This document shows, in pieces, positions 39,892-51,034 of a stretch of DNA of 64,000 nucleotides. The DNA is taken from assembly GCF_002105155.1 (NCBI RefSeq), contig NW_019029012.1:248001-312000 (forward strand), read 5' to 3'. Each line of letters starts with the position of its first letter. The first letter of the stretch is position 1. The stretch is from Lobosporangium transversale. Lineage: Eukaryota. The notes beneath the pieces are model-generated. The model searched no databases. It was given only the letters and a program-made list of their open reading frames with translations, and was not told where the DNA came from. The translations under genes and the position numbers were made by a program.

Positions 39892-42268
39892 CGAATTAAC
39901 CTTCCTGCTTTACTTCCCCTATTTTGCCTCATTCACAGGACTTTTGTGATGCAAATGGCTGGAATAGGACTCCAAACAAAGTAAACATTTTGAGATACAT
40001 CGAAGTATTTGTAAACGATATGGAAAAGAAGATCAATCGAAAAAGGGGCTTGACCAAGCAACAAGGGTTATCTCAGCGGTCACGCCTTGTTTGTTAAACC
40101 GGTCTTACGGCTCCATGCTCAGTCTTTGATCGCTCAGAACGCGCCGACGAAACCTGTTGTTTTTCACGCGTCACCGTCACTAGAAAAGCCATCGGATAAC
40201 ATCGTCCAACCAAAAGATACATCCTGGGCTTCAACAAGCTCAGACAACTACGGCGACAACCACAACAACAATGATAATACTAAGAAGAGACGAATATCCG
40301 AGTTGGATACAGACAGCGAGGACTCCGCCGATGACAACCATGACGAGCCTATACACTATTCTGAAGATCTGAAGAGTATGTCAATGTCAACAAGTACGAG
40401 TATGGAATGGCAACTTCAATCAAATCGCGTACATCTAAGGATAGTCAGATCAACATATTTACTATCCCGGAGATCGCCTGGATCATTTCCAGGTTCTTGG
40501 ACGACCTAGATCTTGCTCGACTTTGTCAAACCTGCAAAGACCTCCATAACGTCTTTCACCTTATACTTTGGTATTATTATTCTATTGAGGATGACGAATG
40601 CCCAATAGAGGGTTTTGATCAAAATATGGAGCACGTGCGTTCACTGACATGGGTTTTTTTTCTCTTGTGTCCTGAACCTTTCGATTTTATTGAACGATGC
40701 GATTCACTTACTTGATTACACGTTCGCACCGAAGACAACAATTTAACCAACGATTACGAATTCGACAACGAGGAGAGGTACTTGCATCCATTGATTTCAA
40801 CTATTGGTCGGCAACGCTATTTGACGCAACTGGAGCTCAATACCTGCCTTGTGCAGGAAGTTCCAAATGCTTTCTTGTCAGCGTTTCTAGCCTTGCAGCA
40901 TTTAAAATTACTGCGTATCTACATGATTGTTAAAAGTCCAACGATACCCGTAGCTCTCCAGATGCTAATCGACCTACTGAACAAGCATCCATGACTGGAG
41001 GTAATTCGTTTTGGAGATTGGCGTACTAACGAGGATTCCAATTCCGATGACGAGCGTAGCAATTATTCATTTGAGAGCTACAGCCATAGCGATTTTTTTG
41101 GTGAGGATGAGGATGAGGATGAGGATAAAATAGAAAGAGAAGAGATACAAGCATTCAACGACGTTAAGCCCCAGTTGAGGACTAATGGATATCATATGAT
41201 TACCAAGTTGGAGCTACCTCCCCGCCAGTATCTCCCATATCCCGCTACCTTTTTAGAGCCCCTCTTCCACTCTGGCCTACCCAACCTTCAGTCTCTCACA
41301 CTTCCTAGAGTAGAAGAAACCACAGCTTGGGATCTTGGCCATGCCATTTGATCGGAATGTCCAAAACTACAGCATTTCGCTTATGCATCAGGATCCGACT
41401 ATTGTTTCGACTCGGAGATAGACGATATTCTCGGGAAATGTAACACGCTTTCATCTATATCGCTTTGGGGAGCCTCAGCGCTTGACGAACATAATTTCTG
41501 CCGACATACTGATACCCTAACCGTTCTGACCCTGCAGTCTTTCAGCGCGATCTCGAGTGCATTTGTCCACCAGATTCTTTTGCAGTGTAGTGTGCTGAAG
41601 GTCCTCCATCTCGAGAAGAAGACTTCCTTTATAGAGAGAACTATAAGGACATCGATTTCAGGGCTGGCCGATGGAGCTGCACGGGTTTAGAGGTCCTGCG
41701 TCTTTCTAATTATGTAAGCTTTGGTTCACAAAGAGTGGGATCATCTTCGCAAGGTTACAAGTCCTACACGGAACCGAGAACGCACCTTTGGACTCAAGTT
41801 GGACATTTGTTGAGACTACAAGAGCTTGAAATTGGTAATACGGGGTTCGACAGCATGCCAGACGTGTACTGGATAAAGGACCTGAGACTTGAAGCTCCGA
41901 TTATAATAGGGCAAGACGAGGAGCACGATAGTTGTGCAGCGGAGGGAAATCAGGGACTCTTACACTTGCTGCGTGGACTCAGAAACCTACGTGTTCTACG
42001 ACTACGGACTGACTATTGGCCGCGGTGGATCTTGCCAGGCCAAGCCGAGGTGGAGTTTATGGAGCAGAATTGGCCATATCTCCGTAAGTTTTCGTATGTC
42101 AGCAGTCGCCATGACGTTAGTGGAGGGTCACTTGAGGATGAACCTCAATGGGGATGGTTCAAGCACCGGTGGCCGGAACTTGTGATCAATAGAAATGTGA
42201 ATTTGAATGAACCTGGCAGCCAAAATAATATCCCAAACTTATTTCGCAGCGTTAGATCGCAGCGTTAG
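39702..42268 (+). pseudogene. F-box/LRR-type pseudogene with an additional disrupted N-terminal region
   Basis: The F-box IFTIPEIAWIISRFLDDLDLARLCQTCKDLH leads into LRR-like repeats. The frame is broken by TGA at 40713, 40992 and 41349 and by a frameshift near 41650 before WSCTGLEVLRL...QVGHLLRLQELEIG...LRGLRNLRVL..EVEFMEQNWP.L. Confidence 0.85.
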
Positions 42269-42524
42269 ATCGCAGCTCTATGCAGATATTAACAATTGCA
42301 TCAATAATAGCTTCAGTATATACCCCACCAGAATAGCAATAACAGCATCAATTGAAATTTTTATGTGACATATTTGAACTTGTGCATACGAAGGAAGAAA
42401 AGGGAAAGAGTGATGGAATGCCTCCTGTACGAAACTATTGTCATAACTTTACGACCGATTTTGCACACTTTTGGACTCTGGTGATGACCGATAGTAAAAT
42501 GAAAGAAATAACAGGATGGTAAAA

Positions 42525-43114
42525 CCACAGGAAAAGAGCCATATCAACAACTGACCTGTGGCCAAGCGTTCATAGCGACGCTGCTATTTGATCTTTCGAT
42601 GTCGGCTCTTCCCATCATATGAAGCAGAATTCAGTAAGCGTTGGAGTGTTCACCCGCTTCTAGGGAACGTGAACTGGGCGTAGACCGTCGTGAGACAGGT
42701 TAGTTTTATTCTAGTGATGAAATGTTGTTGCAATACAATAGTAACTGAACTTTGTACAAGAGGAACCGTTCATTCAAATAATTGGTATTTGAACAGGCCA
42801 TGGCCCGAAGCTATCATCCGTTAGATTATGGCCGAACGCCTGCAAGTCAGAATCTGTGCTACAGCGCGCCGATTACCGCCTTTCCCGATAACTAGTTGAA
42901 TTTGAATGGAGTTTCGGCTCCTGGATCATGCTTGCTACGCGGAATTATCTTGTGGAACGGAAAGACTTGATGAGGTTCCTGTTAAGGTTAATTCCAAATA
43001 TTGGAAAAGATAAATACATTGCAGACGTCTTTAATTGAACGGGGTACTGTAAGCTGTAGAGTAGCCTTGTTGCTACGATCGGCTGTGCTTAAGCCTAGTG
43101 TTCTATAGATTTGT
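42525..43114 (+). pseudogene. Degenerate orphan fragment of nuclear LSU (25S/28S) rRNA 3' end
   Basis: Conserved LSU strings GCCAAGCGTTCATAGCGACG, TTCGATGTCGGCTCTTCC, AGACCGTCGTGAGACAGGTTAGTTTTA, sarcin-ricin-like GTACAAGAGGAACCG and GTAGAGTAGCCTTGTTGCTACGATC, ending GATTTGT. Many substitutions and indels, and no other rDNA parts nearby. Confidence 0.93.
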
Positions 43115-43211
43115 TCATGGATTTCATTCATAAAGCCATGACCATGTTAGCTGTAGCTCGTGCCAACATATGATTTCTGAAAATCAGGAAAGCATGCAAT
43201 TGTATACATAT

Positions 43212-43249
<38 letters not shown>

Positions 43250-43624
43250 GCACAAGCACATGCTATAGGTAAACTGCTTTTTTTATTTGTATGACCAATC
43301 ATGCCTCCTTTTCTTCCAAACAGATTAAAGACAGAATATTGACTTTGAGAGCAAATTCCTTGCATGGACGTCTCTTTTGGTTTGTATATCATGTAAAAGA
43401 AATACTACGAAAGAAACACAAGACTTTGCCCATCTATTTAACTATTCGACCAAGTCATTAAACTATGCGATTCTCTTTGAGCATTGACCCCACAGCACCC
43501 ACATTCAAACAAATAAAAAGGAGAGGAGGAAAAAAAAAATGGCCGTTACCGAAAGATAACAAGTTTTCTTTATTTTCTGAAGGTTCAAAGTAGAGAGGAT
43601 CGTAGATGAGGGGGAATGAGACTT

Positions 43625-45649
43625 TTAAACCTCAGCAAGGATTTCAGGCTCCTTGAAGTCGCCCTTGCGCTCAACCTTAGCGCCAGTGGTGTCAACGTCA
43701 GCACCAGAGTGGAGCTCGAGGAGCTTGCCAAGATCGAACTTGGGGGCCTTGAGGATCTTGACCTTGCGAATGTAGACATCACGGAGAGGGTAGATGGACT
43801 TGCAAGACTTCTCAATCTCGTTTCCAATAACCTCAGGGATGAACTTGTGGACGAGCTCCTTCAAGTCGCATGAGGTGGCCTGGGCAGTCATGATCTCGAA
43901 CATCTTCTTGCGAATCTGACGGATCTGAGCAGACTGGGCGTAGGTGGTCTTCTTGACCTGGTGAACACCCTTCTTGGTGAAGGCAACAGCGAAGAGGCGG
44001 AGCAAGTATCCATCAGTGGTCTTGACATCGACGTGAGCCTCAATAATTGTCTAATGAATATAGAACATAGTATGTAATATGGTTAGTCGGCTATGAAACC
44101 TTGCCATAGTGGACCATCTACCTAATGATGCAAATCATCGAAATGATGATGTGAATTCCGTACCTGCCACTTGCGAACCATGGAGCGGAGCTTGTCCGAG
44201 GTCATGTCCATGCCGTGGAAGTTGGTGAGGCAGTTCTTTCCCTGGACCTCATCAACGCGCAGCTTGACCTTGCGGAAAGAGTATTCCTCGTTCTTGTTCA
44301 AATCAGCAAGGGAAATCTCGAGGACACGGCCCTTCAAGGCATCGTTGGCGTTTTTCAAACCCTGGGTACGGTTAACAAGGGTCTTACCAACGTTGCGGAC
44401 ATCAAAGGTAGAAGGAGCCTTGATATCGTACCAGTCCTTACGGGTGAAAGGGTCGACACTATTGTTACAGTATGAAATTAACAGAAAATGCGTTCATCGA
44501 ACATCAGATCTTCGTTCATGATATTTTTTTAAAGAATGGCAGTTTGTTGAAGAGCTGTTCGTCCTGAATATACACAAAGGAAAAAAAAAAAAAAAATCGA
44601 ATCACGTTGTCCATAATCATTCCTGAAAAAAACGTTGCAGTTCAGTTCAACCCTATCCTGTTTTGCTGTCGTTATCTGTGAGAAATTGTCTTTTCTTTGG
44701 AAAGAATAAAGCTGTCAATACGCCTTAATATAAAAATGGTAAAAGTGTCATCGACATCTGAAGGGGCATGAAAGATCTTCTCCGTGCGTTCACTGAACAA
44801 ACTAAGTACAGACTCTGGCCGATGTGGCAGGAACAACCTGAAAAAAGTCCATTCCATCACGCATCATTGCCAAGGCTGATCCAGTGCAACTCATGTCTCT
44901 CATGCCTCTCCAACTAGCTGATTCCTGACGAAAAACTCTCGAATGAGCATCCTTTCTATTTATCATCCTTGAAAAGCTGAAGTTGAAACTACTTTCTAAT
45001 CCAAAATCCTATTCTGATTGACAAATAAAAAGAATCCTGTAACGATACTTTACACCTTCTTCTTGAGACCCTTCTTGCCTTTCGAGAGACGCCTACAAGA
45101 AAATAAAAGTACCTTTAGTATTAATAGTCTGAACAATAAAGAAAAAACACTAACTTGATAAATAGTGCGGCGGAAGACTTACTTATTCTTTCCAACGGCT
45201 GTTGCATTCAAATAATTGATTGTTTCAGAAGGAGCGATCAGAACAAAAGTGATGTTTTTCGATTTATGTCCAGATATTGTGATCAGCAGCCGAAAAAGAT
45301 TCCCAATCAAAAAATTAATATTGATCCGAACAAATGAATTTTGATTCCATTGATAAATCAGATGTAAATTGATTCCATGAGATTTGTTCATAATCATGGT
45401 ATCATGACATGTTTGTAGAGTCGCGCCCAAGAAGTTCCCGTTCAGATAACAAAATAATAATGATAATAATAAGGTCCCCCGAGGCAAAATCCAGCATCAA
45501 TACGGATTTCAAGTATGGAAAACAACGGTATGATCGGTATAAGCATAGATAGATGGATAAAAACAACAATCGATGGTTAGCGATGGATTCTACTAGCACA
45601 TCCATTCTCTCACTTGTGTGACACACAGTCCTGATCACACAGTACCCAT
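43625..45649 (-). CDS. RPS1: 40S ribosomal protein S1/S3a (eS1), 5 exons
   Basis: Spliced [31 protein letters not shown]...[23 protein letters not shown]...[21 protein letters not shown]. First coding exon is ATGG (45646-45649), preceded by a pyrimidine tract. Confidence 0.96.
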
Positions 45650-47109
45650 AATGAAGTTGAATAGTAAAAAAGAGAGAGCTCAACCTTGTTGTCGTCAGTG
45701 TCTACTTCAAATCAATATGAGGCACTATGGTTCACGTGTGAAAATGAAATTTAAACTGTGGCTTTTCCTGGTCCTCAAAATGAAACAAAGCTGGTTCAAG
45801 ACATCCTTTCATTCACTCATTCACGCATGCATTCGCTCACAACAACTGCAGGAGTTTATATCGAAACCATATCACCCTCGGTAGGCGGACTTCCGAGGTA
45901 TCTTTGCATCCGACGTTCTATATACCCATTGCCAAGGTCAGTAATAATGAGAATTATTCAACGTATCACTAAGAAATAGAAATGTAAAAGCACAGTGTTT
46001 CTACGAATACGATGACACTCAAAGGAAAACAGAGAAGCGAGTAGATCTCAGTGCAGATCAGCCCAAGATCAATGCTGGCGCCAGTATCCCAGATGGCATC
46101 TCTGAGCTAAGTACGTCCAAGGCTCATAGCCTTGACAACCTTGACACTGGACTCAACCCCTGACTTTAGGAGACAGGATCAGAAGGCGAGTATAAAGCCA
46201 GTGGTCATGTTTTCTCGATCACTTACATAAAAGTGCAAGCGTATACCGACTATTCGACAAACCGCTCTCAAAGACATTATTGTATTTTTGTGTACGACCG
46301 GGTGGCTCACTGTATTGTTGTAAGGCAATTGTCGCACACTTAGCTTTCTTGATCAAACTATGTGCAGCCCTTGTTTGTGGCTATTTTGTACAATGTCAAG
46401 TGCAAGCGCATCACAGTCTCTACACCATTCAACCAGGCAACAAGAAAAAAAAAAAAAGAATTGGGATTTAATATTCACACCCTGTGGCTGCCGAAGATTG
46501 CGGAGTTTTTTTTTTTTGGAAATCACCTCTTAAGCCACGCCTCTCTTTCATATGTCCGAACAAAAGACCCGTGGTGGGAAAAAGAGTTCCACACCACGAA
46601 ACTAAGTTTGAACCTTCTTTTGAATGGGTAAGCATGGGAGGAAAAGGTAATTTCGCCCTGTTCACACAGACGAAGGAATAAAGGCACCGGTGGCAATATT
46701 CTAGTGACACAGCTTTATTTAGACCACATGTTGTCCTGTATGCCATAAAAATAAATCCCTTGCAAAATTTGGAGTAGACTTGTTACTGTGGCCAGCCACG
46801 ATCCATTTTTTTTTTTTTTTTTTAGATCGATCGAAGAAAAATCGGGTTTGAACACCCTTTAAAACATGCGGCCAAATGTATGTGAAGTATGAATACCATT
46901 AACCTTTTGGTGGTTTGTATGTTAGCATCCTTTTTGTTCTCTGTTTCTTGGTGTATCAGTCCTTGATTAAAAGTAAGCGCATCCATTGGATATTGGGTCC
47001 TAGACATGGCTTAAGAAGAGAGGGAGAGGAGGGCAAAAAAAAAAATCATTGTGAGCTGAGAGCATCAACTTCTATTAGGAATTACATCGTAATTCCCGAG
47101 AACGCCAGT

Positions 47110-47143
<34 letters not shown>

Positions 47144-48437
47144 AACATGGTTTGAGGGTGGACACAAGTCAATGTGGTGTGTACGATGACAACTCAAGCT
47201 TCAAGGTTGCTTTATCTGTGCTTCGGAACCATAATAAATAAATATTCGTGAGCGCATGCCTGTAAATGGCGCACTAAAGAGACACAGCGACAAAATGTAA
47301 AAAAAAAATGATTGGGATGCCCAAAGCGTCGTTGGGATATTAGTTAAACAACTTGAAATCGCGACTTTGCAAAACCAAAGATGCACCTTCATCCACCTGA
47401 GAAAATAAATAAAAGAAGCAAAGGGAAGGGAAGGAAAGAAATTAAGGATAGAGAGCATGTGTGAACATTTGTACTGTTGAGCAGAGCAAACGCTCCTTTT
47501 CTTTCTCCCTTCTTGTTCGTTGTTCACACTCTTTCTCTCACATTCGCACATTCTATTTTTCCTTCCTTCCTTTCTCCCTCCATCGCCAGTTCGTGTCTCT
47601 CATTCTTTGTCTTCTTTTCTGTTCTCTCATCAGCCATTCAAAAAGACGATTCAGCATCGCCTCTCATCAGGTACAAATGTGCGATCATCCCTTTGCATGC
47701 CACTTTCTCTCATACTCTATCATCCAGCCGGTCCATCCATATCCCGACTATCAACTATCCCACTCTACTGGTTGCACCCCATTCGTTCTTGGCTCGAACT
47801 CTTTTCTTCTTGCATAGACAATACTTTAAAAAAGAGAAATCGAAAAAAACTGACGACGTACATCCTCTCTCTCAGCTCTTCCACTCACACTCCGTCATTG
47901 TTTACTTCGCCTATAGTAGTATCACCGTTCACAAATTAATAGATACTTTATCCATCAACACATCGCATTGTGTATCATTGATTCACTCACCCCCTCGTTC
48001 TTATTCACCTCTCAGAGCGCTCTCATCAAACAAAATACTTCACACAACCTGTCTTTACAGGCCTTTCAACCACTCACTTTTCCTTAGTTGAGGTATTTTG
48101 TATTCAATTTAACTATTGGATGAGCTTGCACTCCCTGTTTAAGTGTGAATTCAGAATTTCAGCTTTTTCTTCCCTCCCCTGTTTTTTCACATTCATTTGC
48201 TGCCTTTGATGCTTGGGCCTGCAGCTCATTAATTTCTTGATGCTCTCAATCTCACACCTGCTACCGTCCTGGTCAAAGAGACAGTTCTTTCTTACTAAAA
48301 CATGTCCCTATTATCCTCATGTTGTAACACCAACTGGCCAATTATAGCCCTTTCCTCCGTTGTCTGCTGGCGCAATTAATCACTTGTCGCCAACCCTGCA
48401 CTCTAACCTTAGCCCAAACGTCAGCTGCATCCTTACC

Positions 48438-50067
48438 ATGAGTCAAGAAATGGCAGATCGCATCGCCAATGCGCGGAAAGAGGCTGAATATCTTAAGGAC
48501 AAGATCAGAGAAAAGAAGTCAGCCCTGAATGACACCTCATGTAAGACTAACTACAGACTACTTAGCATATGCTAAAGAGATCTGTAAATGCATTGGTTGC
48601 TTGCTTCCTCGTTGGGGACGCGCTAAACAAAGGATTACACTCTAACACCACGATCGAATCAACCTTATTTTAACATGTGTCTGTCGTAATTGCATATTTG
48701 GCTTCCTCCAATGGCTCCTGCTAACGATAAAACAATGATGGGAACATACGGAATATCATGAACGCTTTACAGTGAAGTCCATGTCTCAAGAGCTTGAACC
48801 TCTGACTCGCATTGGGATGCGTATCCGCAGAGTACTCAAGGGCCATCTTGCCAAGATTTACGCCATGCACTGGGCGACAGATAAACGGCACTTGGTCTCA
48901 GCATCACAGGATGGCAAATTGATTGTTTGGGATGCTTATACGACTAATAAAGTGTATGCCATTCCCCTACGTTCGTCGTGGGTTATGACTTGTGCATATG
49001 CCCCAACAGGCAACTATGTTGCATGCGGAGGACTTGACAACATGTGCTCAGTCTATAACCTCCGTACAAGAGAGGGGTCGGTTAAAGTTGCAAGGGAATT
49101 GAGTGCACATTCTGGATATCTCTCTTGTTGTCGTTTCCTTAATGATCGCCAAATCTTGACATCAAGTGGTGATATGACCTGTATGCTTTGGGATCTGGAT
49201 GCAGGAGTCAAGCTAACGGAGTTCAGCGATCACACAGGAGACGTTATGAGGTGAAGCTTTTTGACATTCACACACTATGGGATAATGTGCTTTCCGTTAA
49301 GTGAACTCGTTTACAGTTGCATACTAAACTCACTAAACTCTATGATCTTTACTCCAATTCAATGTTACCCAATTATCTGTATCATCGCTTGCAGTCTGTC
49401 TATATCCCCTGACCAGCGCGTTTTTGTTTCAGGAGCATGCGATGCGACTTCCAAGGTTTGGGATATTAGAACTGCACGCTGCGTTCAAACGTTTACAGGG
49501 CACGAATCAGATATTAACGCAGTCCAGTATGTATAGGCAACAGTTCATGTTTAGGATATAATGCATTGACTCTTTAAGTTGCATGAGGTTGAGGCTAACC
49601 TTGAAAACTTTTGATACAGGTTTTTCCCAAGTGGAGATGCATTCGCTACTGGCTCTGATGATGCTTCATGCCGCCTGTTCGATCTTCGCGCGGATCGTGA
49701 AATGAACATCTACACACACGACAATATTCTCTGTGGCATTACATCTGTTGCCTTTTCAATCTCGGGACGTCTACTATTTTCTGGATACGACGATTTTAAT
49801 TGTAATGTCTGGGATACTCTTCGTGGAGAGCGTGTAGGAGTGTTAATGGGACATGATAATCGCGTTAGCTGCTTGGGTGTAGCGAGCGATGGTATGGCTA
49901 TGTGCACAGGAAGCTGGGACACCACTTTAAAGGTAAATCCTATGCAGCCCAAGATTCGTCTTTTTTATTTTTATTTTTATTTTTATTAATTTACTCTTTA
50001 ATACTTATATTTTTATATATTTGCTTTCCTTCGACTCGTGATATCTCCTGAATAGGTCTGGTCTTAG
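48438..50067 (+). CDS. GPB1: Heterotrimeric G-protein beta subunit (spliced)
   Basis: [60 protein letters not shown]...GSWD..LKVWS*. Confidence 0.96.
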
Positions 50068-51034
50068 TAGCAATGAACAAACAGAGCTCTCCTTGAAGAC
50101 CCCATGGTTATTTTGCTCGGCTTTTTTTTTTTTGTTTTTCCTCACTCTTTTGTTGCAATACAACTCGTCATATTCATATTTTTTAAGTCATGTTCATTCC
50201 AATAAACAAACACATCAATACAAATAAATTTATAAAAATATAAACGCATTGAAATCTCTCTAGTGAACTGTATTCAATAACTGTAATGCTCATAATGCAA
50301 ACTCAGGAGGGTTCGTCATTGATTTTTTTATTTTTGGCTAAATCGCTAATAGATTGCATCACCATTGAAGCGTTCTGTCCTACGGAGACTGATCATCCAA
50401 TCCTTTTTTTGCTGTTGTTAGAAGTAGTTGTTAATCAGGCCCATTGATTTTTTGCATTTCTATTGAGCACTTGGGTTACTTTCTGAAGAAAATAATCAAA
50501 GTAGCGACGGATCGAGAGAGCCTTCCCTAACATCTAAACGAAATAACCACTTCCTCCTCTCCCCCCAAAAAAAAAAAGAGAGAGAGAGAGAGAGAAAGGT
50601 GGGGGAGCAGTGAGGTGTAGAAAGATTTCTTTTTTAGCAAAGGATTACAAGGTTGGATCACCGAATCGTGTGCAAGTCGTGTGAGGGAACAAAAAGTACA
50701 GAGCGGACTGATTAGGGCAATCCGCAAGTGGGATGGGGGAAAAGGACGGATGCTCTGGGGCAATGGTGGAGCTTGGACCAAATTCGCCTTCATAAGCACA
50801 AATACCGAAAGTGCACATGCATCTGACAATTCTGAAACCTTCTTTTTATGACAAAAAGTGAATTACATCTCCTTTTCTCTTTTTTTCTTTTTCTTTCATT
50901 TTATCTTTTTTTTTTTTTTTTTACAAACCATTCTCTTCGCTTTTCATTCTTGTATAAACATACACAAACATCAACGCAAACAGGGACATAAAACCCTCAA
51001 ATAAATACACTCTTTTCCTTTTTATATCTTCCCT

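Noticed and set aside
40407..41700. Selenocysteine or TGA readthrough in the F-box gene
   Set aside because: The contexts are not redox-Cys-like, the gene also has a frameshift, and no SECIS was recognised.
43585..44521. Long antisense/overlapping ORFs over RPS1
   Set aside because: Expected by-product of strong codon bias in a highly expressed gene.
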